Positions 11,456 through 23,500 of a DNA stretch of 64,000 bases are shown in pieces. Source of the DNA: a virus (taxonomy: Duplodnaviria; Caudoviricetes); IMG/VR virus record IMGVR_UViG_3300028833_000057, positions 32,001 to 96,000 of that record, one strand, 5' to 3'. The notes beneath the pieces are model-generated. The model did not search any database. It worked only from the letters and a program-made list of their open reading frames with translations, and was not told the origin of the DNA. Numbering within the stretch: position 1 is the stretch's first letter; every line of letters begins with the position of its first letter. Made by a program: the position numbers and the translations under genes.

Positions 11456-11491
11456 AATACAACTTACCCTAACAAGGTAAGTTGTATTTTT
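11456..11491 (+). terminator. intrinsic terminator
   Basis: AATACAACTTACC-CTAACAA-GGTAAGTTGTATT followed by T-run. Confidence 0.8.
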
Positions 11492-11501
11492 ATCATAGTA
11501 A

Positions 11502-11513
11502 AACAAACCATTG
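11502..11513 (+). promoter_or_regulatory. late-type promoter AACA-N6-TG
   Basis: AACA AACCAT TG directly upstream of the RNAP beta gene. Confidence 0.7.
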
Positions 11514-11539
11514 TATAAAATTCTTACAAAGGCAAGTAT

Positions 11540-14500
11540 ATGAGAGCACAATTTTCTATGTTAAAGCCTTACAAGCTTTACAGAAACCTTACTATCATCT
11601 TCGATACTAAGATGAAGATGCTTGAGAATTCAATTCTCAATGTAAGTATGTCTAAGGCTTCGACCATAGATGTAATGAAGTCACCCTTATTCCAACAGAA
11701 TTATATTCGTGGCTTTTATATTTCTAAGTTTTTGGATAAGACCCTTTACAGAAAACTTATAGAGACTAACCGTATGGATGTCTATAAGGAGATTAAAGGA
11801 TCTACATGTGTTACTATCTGTCCATTAAATGCTACTATCTTAAAGAATAAAAATACATATTATCCTATTTGGAATGAACTTGAGAATATCTTTAATATTC
11901 CGGGTGCTCATAATAAGATTCGTAATACAGAGAATTTTATTAAGACTGTAAAAATCGTTCAAGGTAATATGCCTAAAGGACTATATAAGCAAAATTATGT
12001 AGTCATAAATTCTGAAATATTTGGTAGCGAATTTGGTGATACTGAAACATCATGGCTTAAGGGTCTAACTGTTGGTTCGATGCTTTATCTTCATATCCGT
12101 GATGTATTAATGAAAAAGGCATATAATAACTGGATATTTGCTGGAAAGCGTGTTATTATTTATGATACTTTAAATAGAACTGCATTTGCTATACCTGAAA
12201 ATATTGAGAAGCTCTCTCTTGGTAAGTTTAAGTGGATGATGAAGATCATGCACAAGTTCGCTACTGGTCAAACTGTTACCGAAGAGGATCTTGCTGAAGA
12301 GGAAATTGTAGCTAAACCTAATGCTGGCGAAAAGGCAGCATATATTGCTATAGATGATAAAGCTGAAATCTCTCTAAAGGGTATCTTAGTTTGTAAGAAT
12401 CCAGCAAGTGCTCTTGATGCTTTTATTCAGGCAAATTATCCTGATGCAGATTATCTTATCGAAGATAATATTGTAACTATTGAAGAATCAGATAACAATA
12501 AAGAGATTGTAAAACAGCTGTTTAATGGCGGGTTTAATCTTTATAAATCTGAAGATAATCTTTTAGATGAAAGAATCTTTAAGCCAGTTGGAAAGAAATT
12601 TAAGATAGCCAAGGATGAGAAATTTACGCATGTTGGTCCAATTCTTGTAAAGAAAAATGGAGCTACAGTCTTTGGTCTTACTTTTAAATTTATAAAATCC
12701 AGTGAAAAGGCTGAAATTAAAGCAGCAAAGGCTGAGGCTATTGAAAAAGTAGCTGGTATGAAGAATGGCATTCCTGTTTCTGCTGAAGAAAAGGAAATGA
12801 TGTTTTCTATAGATGACCGTATAGATGAGATCTTTGCCGAGACAGCTGATATTGAAGAAGCTGCTAATAAAGTAAAAGAAGATCCTGTTGTTAATAAGCT
12901 TCAGAATAATCTTACTGAAAGTCGTTTGAAGGCTGTTCAGAATAAGAGAGCCGCAGAAGTTATTGAAAAACTTAATGAAAAGCAGGATGAAGCAATTATT
13001 AACATTAATGGTACTAATGTAAAACTTGCTGAGAAGATTGCAGCCTTAGAAAAGCAACAACTTGAACCAGTAGAGTTTAAGTCAGATCTGCTTAATAAGG
13101 AATTAAATCATAGTACCGTTAAGTCCATGAGATCTTCTTATCTTAAAGATCTTTATGAGTTGGATCAGTACCGTATCTTTACACAGTTTAAGAATTCCAA
13201 AGATATTCCTATCTTTGTTGAGTCTATATCAAGGACTGATTCAAGTACGCCATTGACTCAAAAAGAAACGCTTACGATTAATTTTAATATTGCTAATGAA
13301 AAGCCGAGGTCAATGTCTATTGACATACCTAAGATTGATGCAGATGGCTTTATGTATATTGCAGGTAACAGAAAGCAATTTACTAACCAGATTACAATGA
13401 TGCCTATTACTAAGATCATGCAGTCTGGTGAACTTGTCGTTCAATATTGCACGTCTTACAATAAAATATACATTAGCCGTAGCAATGGTAACTTTAACCG
13501 TAAACTTGCTAGTTTCTTTAAAGCAGTAAATATTCTTGATAAGAATAATGATCTTGCTAATAAGACACATAATATTCTAATTGGTTCTAGTATTTCTACT
13601 AATGCTGGCAAAACTATCAGCTTGGAATACTGGGAAATGTCTAAGAAGATTGTTAATGTAAAGATTAAGAATCTTATACTAGAATTATCTCAGCCAAGTG
13701 TTGAGAAGCTACTGGATAAGCATAGCATAGATCTTGCAGAATATAAAGAAGAGCTTCCTGCAGAAAAGTACTTCCCAATAGGTATAATTTCCAACTGCAA
13801 AGACTTCTTACCAGAGGAATATAATGGTAAAGATGTACCTTTATTCTCTAATTTGATCGGAGAAATTGTAGTATATCTGCCAGACACAGAAACCCCTGTA
13901 ACTGTTGCTAAGTCTTTAGTGGATCTTATAATTAATTATGCAGAACTGCATGATCCTGAATTATTTAACACTCTAAAGACAAGTATATATTCTGGTAATT
14001 CCTTTACTTATACACGTCTAGAAGTAGCTAATTCTTATATTCCATTACTTGTATTCCTTGGATATAAAGATGGCTTAGAGTCTTTATTCAGTACCTATAA
14101 TATTGACTATAAGTTTGTTGGTAATGAATCTTCTAAGACAATGGATATTCCTCTTGAATATAATGAAAAGATTAAATTCTTAGATGGAACCCTTTGGTAT
14201 AAGTCTGGTGAAATTAAGAAAGATTTACTCTTTAATGGTATTTATCAGCTTCCAACTGAAGACTATAATTTTGCAGACTTTGGTCCAGATGGCGAAGGTT
14301 ATACACAATACTTTATTGATGATATTACACCGAGATATGGAAAGGCTTTATCTAACTTCTATACACTTTTTATAGATCCAATTACATCAGATATTTTAAA
14401 GGATAATGATATTCCTAATGATATTACGGGATCTTTCTTATACTGTAATGATCTTCTCGAAGATAGTAATTATCTTCCAAGATTTGATATGAATCTTTAC

Positions 14501-16144
14501 AGATTAAGAAACATTGAATGCCTAAATGCAATGCTATATAAATTAGTGGCAAAGCAGATTGAAAAGTATCGTAGAGGTTCTAGAGGCGATACCGCAGGTT
14601 TACTTGCTGTTAGAAGTGATGCACTGATTCTTGAATTGAATAATTCTCCAATTATTGAAGATGCTACACTTCTTGACCCTATTAAGGAAAGTGAAAACCT
14701 GTCTAAAGCAGTATTTAAAGGCCCAGGTGCTCCTGCATATCAGCATGCACAAGGTACTCAGGAACTTAGATTTTTCGATAAATCTCAGCTTGGTATCTTA
14801 GGTGTCGGTAGCTCTTTTGATGGTAACTCAGGCATGAATAGGCGTATAGCCCTAAATTCATTGATTACCAGTAAGAGAGGATATGTAAAGTCTGGTGTAC
14901 CTTCAGACCAGTTAGATGCAACAAATCTATACTCTATGGGTGAACTTACTGCTACATTCTCTACAAGGCATTCAGACCCACCTCGTCTAATGATGACTAT
15001 CGGTCAATCTGGACACCAGATTCCTACTAGGAATATGCAAACTGCATTAATTTCTTCTGGTGCATATAAGACTATATCTCATTTTATTAGTAATGAATTT
15101 GTATTCAAGGCTCCTGAAGATGGTGTAGTTGAAGGAGTTGATAAGAAGCTTAATGTCCTTAGACTTAAGTATGCTGATGGTACTAAGGGTATTATTGAAC
15201 TTGGAGTTATTCATAGAAGATCTCCTGATGGATTCTTTATTGATATTCATAAGACTACTAATCTTAAAGCAGGTGATAAATTCAAAGCAGGTGATATTCT
15301 AGCTGCTGACCAGCACTTCTTTAACTTCAATGGTAACAATACTGAAATGAAAGAAGGCACTCTGTGTAAGGTCGCAGTGATGTCTAGAGACTGTGATATT
15401 GAAGATGGGGCATCTGTGACTCAAAAGTTTGCAGATAAGCTGTTCTCTACTATTGTTATGCAGTCGCAATTAATGCTATCTAAGACATCTAACTTGCTTA
15501 AGATCGTAAAAATTGGTGATAATGTAAAGACCTCAGATCCGCTTGCAGTATTTGAAGAACATCTAGAAGATAAATCTATTACTGAAGCTCTAGATAAGCT
15601 TGGCTCTCTCACTGAAGCTATGGCTGCAAATGCTGCTAATATGAAGACAGCTAAATATACTGGTAAGATTGTTGACATCGAAGTATTCTACAATTATGAG
15701 ATTGAAGAATATTCTGAAAGTCTTCAGAAACTTATCAAAGCATATATAGCTACATATACAGAAAGAGGTAAGAACCTTTCAGCAGGTATCAACCCCGGTC
15801 AATTTGTTGAAGCTCGTGAGCTTGATAGAATTAAGACTGGAAGAGCTAAAGGTGTTCCGTTTGACGGTGTATTGATTAACTTCTATACTGAAATGGAAGA
15901 ACCATTTGCTCTTGGTAATAAATGTACTGCTGACGTGGCTCTTAAGAGTGTCCTTTCAGATATTGTTCCTACTGGAAAAGAACCATTATCTGAATATAGA
16001 CAGGACAGGCCTATTGATATGATTATGTCTCCGCTTGGAGTCTTGAATAGAAAAGTTCCTGATTACTTCTATCGTGGATATACTCAGAAAGTACTAATGG
16101 AACTAAAATTCCAGATAGATGAAATTATTAATGATAAGCGATAA
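11540..16144 (+). CDS. phage multisubunit RNA polymerase beta-like subunit (probably virion RNAP)
   Basis: RpoB-like motifs in order: IDIPKIDADGFMYIAGNRKQFTNQ, FSTRHSDPPRLMMTIGQSGHQIP, DCDIEDG, LGNKCTADVALKSV, PIDMIMSPLGVLNRKV; long N-terminal extension. Confidence 0.9.
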   Translation: MRAQFSMLKPYKLYRNLTIIFDTKMKMLENSILNVSMSKASTIDVMKSPLFQQNYIRGFYISKFLDKTLYRKLIETNRMDVYKEIKGSTCVTICPLNATILKNKNTYYPIWNELENIFNIPGAHNKIRNTENFIKTVKIVQGNMPKGLYKQNYVVINSEIFGSEFGDTETSWLKGLTVGSMLYLHIRDVLMKKAYNNWIFAGKRVIIYDTLNRTAFAIPENIEKLSLGKFKWMMKIMHKFATGQTVTEEDLAEEEIVAKPNAGEKAAYIAIDDKAEISLKGILVCKNPASALDAFIQANYPDADYLIEDNIVTIEESDNNKEIVKQLFNGGFNLYKSEDNLLDERIFKPVGKKFKIAKDEKFTHVGPILVKKNGATVFGLTFKFIKSSEKAEIKAAKAEAIEKVAGMKNGIPVSAEEKEMMFSIDDRIDEIFAETADIEEAANKVKEDPVVNKLQNNLTESRLKAVQNKRAAEVIEKLNEKQDEAIININGTNVKLAEKIAALEKQQLEPVEFKSDLLNKELNHSTVKSMRSSYLKDLYELDQYRIFTQFKNSKDIPIFVESISRTDSSTPLTQKETLTINFNIANEKPRSMSIDIPKIDADGFMYIAGNRKQFTNQITMMPITKIMQSGELVVQYCTSYNKIYISRSNGNFNRKLASFFKAVNILDKNNDLANKTHNILIGSSISTNAGKTISLEYWEMSKKIVNVKIKNLILELSQPSVEKLLDKHSIDLAEYKEELPAEKYFPIGIISNCKDFLPEEYNGKDVPLFSNLIGEIVVYLPDTETPVTVAKSLVDLIINYAELHDPELFNTLKTSIYSGNSFTYTRLEVANSYIPLLVFLGYKDGLESLFSTYNIDYKFVGNESSKTMDIPLEYNEKIKFLDGTLWYKSGEIKKDLLFNGIYQLPTEDYNFADFGPDGEGYTQYFIDDITPRYGKALSNFYTLFIDPITSDILKDNDIPNDITGSFLYCNDLLEDSNYLPRFDMNLYRLRNIECLNAMLYKLVAKQIEKYRRGSRGDTAGLLAVRSDALILELNNSPIIEDATLLDPIKESENLSKAVFKGPGAPAYQHAQGTQELRFFDKSQLGILGVGSSFDGNSGMNRRIALNSLITSKRGYVKSGVPSDQLDATNLYSMGELTATFSTRHSDPPRLMMTIGQSGHQIPTRNMQTALISSGAYKTISHFISNEFVFKAPEDGVVEGVDKKLNVLRLKYADGTKGIIELGVIHRRSPDGFFIDIHKTTNLKAGDKFKAGDILAADQHFFNFNGNNTEMKEGTLCKVAVMSRDCDIEDGASVTQKFADKLFSTIVMQSQLMLSKTSNLLKIVKIGDNVKTSDPLAVFEEHLEDKSITEALDKLGSLTEAMAANAANMKTAKYTGKIVDIEVFYNYEIEEYSESLQKLIKAYIATYTERGKNLSAGINPGQFVEARELDRIKTGRAKGVPFDGVLINFYTEMEEPFALGNKCTADVALKSVLSDIVPTGKEPLSEYRQDRPIDMIMSPLGVLNRKVPDYFYRGYTQKVLMELKFQIDEIINDKR

Positions 16145-16149
16145 TTTAT

Positions 16150-16184
16150 AAATCCATAGGGTTATTCCCTATGGATTTATTTTT
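16150..16184 (+). terminator. intrinsic terminator
   Basis: AAATCCATAGGG-TTATT-CCCTATGGATTT plus T-run. Confidence 0.8.
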
Positions 16185-16218
16185 ATATATTAAAATGAGC
16201 ATAATCATACGAGGATAT

Positions 16219-16422
16219 ATGGCAAATATTAGATCAGATAGAGAACTCAAAGAAATGGTCTCTGCTCGTGAAGGAGACTTTAAGAAAATTATTAATAATA
16301 AGATTAAGGCAGGTACAGCAAATCTCTCACCTTCAACTGCCATGAATATTTTGAATACAAAGCTCTCAATGGACTTTTTCGAAGAAATGAATACGGAGGT
16401 GTCTCGTGACAGCGTCCAATAA
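16219..16422 (+). CDS. small hypothetical protein
   Basis: TATATTAAA promoter and GAGG RBS favour the start at 16219 (MANIRSDRE). Confidence 0.65.
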   Translation: MANIRSDRELKEMVSAREGDFKKIINNKIKAGTANLSPSTAMNILNTKLSMDFFEEMNTEVSRDSVQ

Positions 16423-17440
16423 GATTTATAAAGGATTGATAGTTCTTGAGGAATTCAAGAATCTTCCAGTAGAAGGATTTTACAATGTAGATCCTTCACT
16501 TGTAAGAGTCTTGAATAAGAGACTTAGAACTGACGATAGTGAACTTTGGAAAATCTATATCCAGAGCTATGGATACGGAATCATGTATTTGCGTGATTTC
16601 CTGTTGATGATTACTAAGAATAATAACCTTCCATATAAGGATGGCTATTTGGTATTGAAGTCTCTTCAGACAATCGATGATGCAAATCTTAAGAAACTCT
16701 TGACCAAGATTGCAAATAATTCTATTGATGAAGGACATACAGTTGTAGCATTTGATAGATCTCTGAATGATCTTGATCCTATTGTTGGTGAAGAAGGTAG
16801 ACCGGCACTGGATAAGTCAGTTCAGAATGATGATATCAATGCATATAATCGTTATCTCATGAAGAATGGGACAGTCCGTACCAAAATCAATGAAGTCTAT
16901 GCAAAGATCCTTAATCTTAGTGATGAAGCATCTACCGCACAGAGCTTCTTGAGTGTTGTTCAAGAGAGACTTGAAGATTTAATTGCTAGAAGAGTTGCTT
17001 TGAAAGACGTATACAATACGTATGTCAATGAACAATCTCCGCAATCTGAACAGTTACATTTTGATCTGATTCTTGAAGGCATTGATGAAACATTCAAGGC
17101 TTCAAATCTCAGTGATTATTATGGATCATTAGAAGAATTTATTAGTGATCATGGAATGAGCAATTTCGTGATTAGTGCAGAAAAGAAATGGGCAATGTCA
17201 AAGATTGCCGGTGAAGATTCATTTAAGGTTCAGTGTATCAATAATATCTTCGACGAGATTTTTAGTAATGACTATAATTCGTTGAAGGGAAAGAAGGTAT
17301 ATAGAACTAAGGATGAATTCATGATTAGCAATTACATTGAGGCAATAGATAATGCACTTTCAATGGGAATGATTACCAATGACGAATGGGGTATTTCCTT
17401 CTTGAAAGACACTATGCAACAGTGTTTTGCAATGATTTAG
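16406..17440 (+). CDS. hypothetical protein
   Basis: 344-aa ORF, GTG start preceded by GGAGGT. Confidence 0.8.
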   Translation: MTASNKIYKGLIVLEEFKNLPVEGFYNVDPSLVRVLNKRLRTDDSELWKIYIQSYGYGIMYLRDFLLMITKNNNLPYKDGYLVLKSLQTIDDANLKKLLTKIANNSIDEGHTVVAFDRSLNDLDPIVGEEGRPALDKSVQNDDINAYNRYLMKNGTVRTKINEVYAKILNLSDEASTAQSFLSVVQERLEDLIARRVALKDVYNTYVNEQSPQSEQLHFDLILEGIDETFKASNLSDYYGSLEEFISDHGMSNFVISAEKKWAMSKIAGEDSFKVQCINNIFDEIFSNDYNSLKGKKVYRTKDEFMISNYIEAIDNALSMGMITNDEWGISFLKDTMQQCFAMI

Positions 17441-17460
17441 CCTGACGCAATAGGGTGAAG

Positions 17461-17500
17461 AGATGGGATGTGGCGAAAGCTGCATCCCTATCTTTTTTTT
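17461..17500 (+). terminator. intrinsic terminator
   Basis: AGATGGGATGTGGC-GAAA-GCTGCATCCCTATCT stem with GNRA loop and 8-T run. Confidence 0.8.
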
Positions 17501-17515
17501 ATATTTTATGTCAAA

Positions 17516-17527
17516 AACAACACATTG
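17516..17527 (+). promoter_or_regulatory. late-type promoter AACA-N6-TG
   Basis: AACA ACACAT TG upstream of the 2129-aa gene. Confidence 0.7.
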
Positions 17528-17549
17528 TTTATAAGTATATAGGTTTATT

Positions 17550-20500
17550 ATGGCAAATAAGCGATATATCAAAAATGTTATTAAATCATTTAAGCAGGTA
17601 GTTCCTGATGCTATAGGCGAGTCTTTACCGGGTGCAAAAGGATTAATTAACTTTATAAAATCTCCTGCTGGCGAAGGTTCCACTATAAAAGAAACTTTCA
17701 AAGAGATTGTCAACGATTACAAAACTGAAGTCGATACAGTTACGGGTGTCTTCAAGAAATTTAAAAAAGGCATAAAAACTGGTGCATTCTACGATCGTGA
17801 TGCAGATATAGATATGTCTGCATTCGGTGGTGATTTTGATGCAAGTTTTAAAGACGACGATCTATTTGGAGATAATGACGACTGGGATTCCAGTTCTTCT
17901 GAAAAAGCATCTAGTGATGTAGGCGGTGGTTCTACTAATGTAAATTTCGTAGGTGGTGGTGACGATAATAATGCCGGTCTTATATCTGGTGCAATGGCTG
18001 TAGGTTCTGCAAGAACTGTTGGAGCTATTGAAAAGGGTACTGCCATAAATTTTGCCGTAATGAATTCTATTGATGCTAGATTATCTAGAATCGAAGAAGC
18101 TAATCAGAAATTCTTCTCTGCAAATCTTGAATTACTATCCTCTATTAAATCTAATGTAGAAGCGATGGTAAAGATACAAGGTTCTAAGGAAACAGATTTA
18201 CCTATTTCACAGATGGAAAGATTATTTGGTGATGGTAGCCAAGAATTTAATCTTCGTCTGTATATGAGACATCTTTCTAAGAAAGTCAAGAATAATGACT
18301 ATGCAAGCATGTTGCCTATGCTTGGAATGATGAATCCTATGAATATGGCAACTATGGCAGGTACCCAGTACCTTATGAAGAAGATTCCTTTCTTTGCCAC
18401 TGTTGAAAAGATGTCTAAGATGCTTGAAGGCATTGGTCAGCTTACATTGCATAATATGGCCAATGTTAAGGGCAATGGCATGATTAGTAAGCTCTTTAGA
18501 TTTTTCGGTGTAAAGACTACTGCCGAAGTAGGTAAAGTTAGCTTAGGAAAAATGAGTAAGGGGCCAATACCCTTTGATGGTGAGACTAAAGAAGCCATTA
18601 CACGAGCTATCCCAGGATATTTGGCAAAAATCCTTAATGTAATGAAGCACGGAAAAGGTGCTAAAGATGATACATTAGAAATATATGATAATGATCAGCG
18701 TCAATTTAGAACTGCTGGCTCAATTCGTAAAAAGAGAAAAGAATCTGAGCAGTATGATATTGGCGAAATTAGAGGATTTATAGAAGCCTGTGTAGCTGCT
18801 TCTGGTGTATCTGGTAAAGAAGAAGCTAAAGTAAGAGAGCAGATCTTTAAAGTAGTCTCGGATGCAGTATTAAAAGGTAAATCCTTCGGTGACCCCGATA
18901 TGTTCTCTCATCTTTCTGGTAAGATGAAGAATATTATTCAAGGTGTTCATCGTGGCATGATCAATGACCACAATCGTATAAGAAAGTTACAGCAAGATGC
19001 ATTTAGCTATACAGCTACTAAACAAACTCAGGGTTATTCTGATATTGAAAAAGCTGTAGAACATGCTGTTACTAATGACGGTGGTTCAAAAGAAACCATT
19101 TCAGTTTCTGGATATTTTGAAAAGAAAAATCAAGGTAAACTAGAAGATTTACTTAAGAGATTATGTGGTAATGATAAAGGTGGCCAAGATCTCTTTAAGA
19201 AATTGATGAAGGATTATAAGGCTTTCCAAGAAAGAAAAAAGCGTGAGCCATTTAACTGGAATCTTACACTTGATAAATTTTTAGAAGATGCTTTAGGCCA
19301 AGCTCAGGCTAAAAAATTAAAAGATACTGTAGATCAGATAAATGCTGAAATATATGGTAATTCTTTTAGTAAAGATATTGAAGATATTATAGGCGATATT
19401 GATTTATCTGCATCCGCAGAGCATGTTGCAAAAATAGAAGGATATGCAGATATTGATAGTATAACTAGCCAAAGAGGTAAGAGATATGCCAATTCTTTAA
19501 GTGATTTTACCATTAATGGTATACAACGCTTGGCTACCAGAGGTGATAGAGCTACAGGCAAAATACTTAAAAAATTTGGATATGCTAAGGGCGGTTATAC
19601 TGGTAAAGGTGCAAAGAATGAACCTGCTGGTGTTGTCCATAAAGACGAATATGTTGTACCTAAAGAAGTTGTTAATTCAGCACAAGGCGGAAAACTTGTT
19701 AGAGTTCTTGAAAAGCTACGTGCAAAATTCTTAGGTGGTGTTGATAGTGATCATACTGAACTATCAAACGATCTCGTTGGTGGTGATGAAGGCGTTTCAA
19801 ATAGACAAGCTCAGAAACGTTTAAATATTTATCAAGAACTGACTGAATTAGATATTCCATACGACCAAGCTATTACTATTGCAAGAATGGCTGAGGTTGA
19901 TAGTAAGACTGCTAAAGAATTCATTAGAAAAGCTAGAGAAGATAAAAAAGCACGAAATTTAGAAAATAAAAGAACTAAGGGCGACTTTGGTGGTGATCTT
20001 GTTGAGATAATCAAGAATGATGTAACTGGACCACTTAAAGAAGCATGGCTTGGAACTAAAGCTGCTGTTAAAGAAGGTAATTTAACTGCATCAGATATAC
20101 TTGGTAAAGCAAAAGATATGTTCCCAGGTATGGCAAAATATGCTGGTGCTGGTTTAGCTGCGGGATTTTTCTTACCCGGTGGCCCTTTAATGGGAGCGAT
20201 TACCGGCGGTGCTATTGGTGCATTACGGCAGAATAAAGTATTACGTGGATACTTCTTCGGTGAACATGACGAAAATGGTGATGTTCAGAAAAGAGGTCTA
20301 TTCCCTAAGCTTGCTGGTGCCTTTATTAAATCTATATATGGTAAGGAAGTTGGCGATAAAGCTGAAACTAACTTAAGATCATTCTTTAAGAATCCTTTAT
20401 CTACATTAGCTTCGGCATGGAAAGATCCACAGGGCAAAAAGATAATGCTCGGTGCAGGTGCAGGTGGTATTCTTGGTTCAATGTTTGGACCAGGTGGTGC

Positions 20501-23500
20501 CATTATAGGTGCATTTGCTGGTGGTATGCTAGGAAAGAAAAAACAACAAAGCTATTTTAGCAAAGTATTATTTGGCGATAGAATTGTTGGAAAGGACGGC
20601 ACTGTTAAGGGCTATAAAGGTGGCCTGTGGCAATCTTTATCTGGTGCATTTAATGCATTAGTAGCTGGCCCTGCTCAAGCTATGCTTGTTGGTGGCAGTC
20701 TTACAGATTATAAAGATATGATGTCTGGTAAGATTAGTCCTCATAAAATTCGTGCCAATCTTAAGAAAGGTCTTGCAAATGTTGCTGGCGGTGCCGCTGC
20801 TGGTGGTTTGATAGGTTCATTCTTTGGTCCAGGCGGTACTCTTATTGGTGCACTTCTTGGTTCTACTACTGGCATACGTCCAGTTCGTGCTGCTGCTAAA
20901 CGACTTATGTTTGGTAAGGAGAATGCCGATACTGGTAAAAAAGAAGGTGGCATATTCGGATTTGTTAAGAAAGTTGGATCTTTAGCTGCAACATTAGCAT
21001 CATTCTTAGCTAATGGTGTTGATCCAGATAAGTACCCATTCTTAAGTAAAGTTGCTAAAGTATTAGGATGGACAATAGGTCTTCCAATTAAGATCGCAGG
21101 TGGTGCTGCAAAGACTGCTGGTGGATTACTCTCTAAGTTCAGAAAGTTCTCTACGAGTTCTCATACAGTTCTATCAGGTAAAGATCTTATTGCTGCTCTT
21201 AATGCTGATGAAAAAGCCAGTGGTGCTGAAAAAGCTATAGGTTCTGGCGTTGGTATTATTGCTGATAATTTAACAGAAATAAAAGATCATCTAATTGGTA
21301 ATACTGCCACTGCCACTGCTGAGAAGGCTGAAGCAGATAATGGTGCTAATACGGCTGAAGAAATACAAGAACAAAATAAAGAAAAAGAAGCTGAAAAGGA
21401 AAAGAAAGAAGATAAGAAGCATAGAGGTCGTCTAGGTAAGACTCTTGATAAGATTAAAGGCTTACTAGGTGAAGGTAATGAGAATAATAAAGGTATCCTT
21501 GGTACTATTGTTAGCGGTATTACGTCTATCATTGGTATGATGGGTGCAAAAAATGCTCTAAATGCCTTTAGTGGCGGCATTGGAAGATTCGGTGGTAAAT
21601 TTGGTAAAGCTTTAGCCGTTGCCGGTATAGCTACTGCAGCTGTTGGCATAGGTAAAGGCGTATATCAATCATTTAGTGCAGATTCTCCAGAAGGAAAAGC
21701 TCAAGGCGACCAGAATGCTATAAATGGTGCGCATCTTGGTGCTCAGTCATCTATTCTTCTAAAAATGAGTAGCCTTAAAGATAAGGCTAAGAATCTAGCT
21801 GGCGAAGGTATTGAAAAAGCCAAAGGTATATTTGGAAAAGTCGGTGGATTCTTCAAGAAAGTCGGCGGTAAGATTGCTTCTGGTGCTAAAACGGCTTTTA
21901 GTTGGATTAAAGATAAGGCTTCAGCTCTTAAAGGTATATTTAAAGAAACTAAAGGCGTTATACCTAAATTATTTAAGAAATTATCTAAACTTGTAAGCAA
22001 ATTTGCTAAGAGAGTTCCGTTACTCGGTGCATTCTTTGTAGCTATAGAAGAAATTATGGCTGTAAAGAAATTTGTAGATCAAGGTGGAACTAGTACTGAT
22101 AAGTCGGTATCATCCATTAGCCCTAGAGAAAGAATATTAGACTTAGTCAAGAACTCTGCAACTGCTTTTGTCGATTTAATTATGCTAATTGTATCAGGCG
22201 CATTAACGGTGTTATTACCGGGTATTGGTGCAGCTATTGCAGGACTTATTGCAGTTATAGATGTTGCTCTTTCATTCATAAGTGGAGAGGGTATAGCAGA
22301 ATATGCAGGTAAGTATATTGCCGAGAGTTTAGGTCCATCTATTGCAGATATATTTGGCTGGACTGAAGCCAGAAATACTGCTTGGAAAAATGGTCAGCTT
22401 GAAGAATATGATAAGAAGCATGAAAAAGATGTTGTAAATAATGCTAAGGCTTTTGTTGAGAAAGTACAGAAAGAAGAAAAGCCAACAGCAATACCTCCGG
22501 TAAATACTACAGCAGCTCCGGCTCCAGCACCTACAGCAGCTCCAGGAACTAAACCTCCAGAACCAGCAGCACCTGCCCCAGCTCCAGCTGCACCAGCTCC
22601 GGCAAAGGCTCCTGAATTTGATCATGAAAGACATGGCAAACTTACTATAGAAAAATTCAATCAGAGAAAGGCTGCATTTGAGGCTAGAAAGAAAGCAGCA
22701 GAAGATGCCGGTAAAAAATTTAATGGTCAATTCGATGAACAGGCTCAGTTAACACTTGCTGAAGAAGAAGCCAGAGCTGAAATTCTTAAGGAAATGGCGG
22801 CTAAAGCAGGAAGTAATGAAACTGCTAGTCCTGGATCTTTTGATATAAATACATATGATATAACTAAACCTGTAAAAAATATATGGGATTATGTACAAGT
22901 TATAGGTAGCGGCGGTAAGGAAACCATTGATAAACTTGATTCTGAAGTTAAGGATAACTTAGGTCACTTAGGTTACATATACTATAGTTTATACGGTGAA
23001 AAATTACCAGTTAATTCAGCATATCGTAATCCTAACACACAGGGTCGAATATATGAAAATGGAAATAAAGATGTAATGGAATTAGCTAATAGAGCTACCG
23101 GTAAGAAACCTGGACAATATTTATCTGAGTTCAAAACAAATTTCCCAGGAACATCTGATCATGAAACTGGATTTGCCATAGATATATGGAATGCAGATTT
23201 ACCCAAACAAAATCGTAAAAAAGATGAGATAATGACACGTATGTTTGGATATACCGGAAGTGATCCAGCTATAGTAACCGATCCTAAGAATCCAAAGGCA
23301 CATAAATTTAAATATAAAGATGATAGCGTACTTGGTATATTTAATAGATTAAAGAGTAAAGCTAAACTACCAGGAATGTATAGAGCTTCTGGCGGCTGGC
23401 GTCCTAAAAGTCAAGACTGGAATGAGCATTGGCATATACAAAGTACTCCGGATCCTAAAAATGATGCTAAGAGATGGAGAGAATCATATGATGCTAGAGT

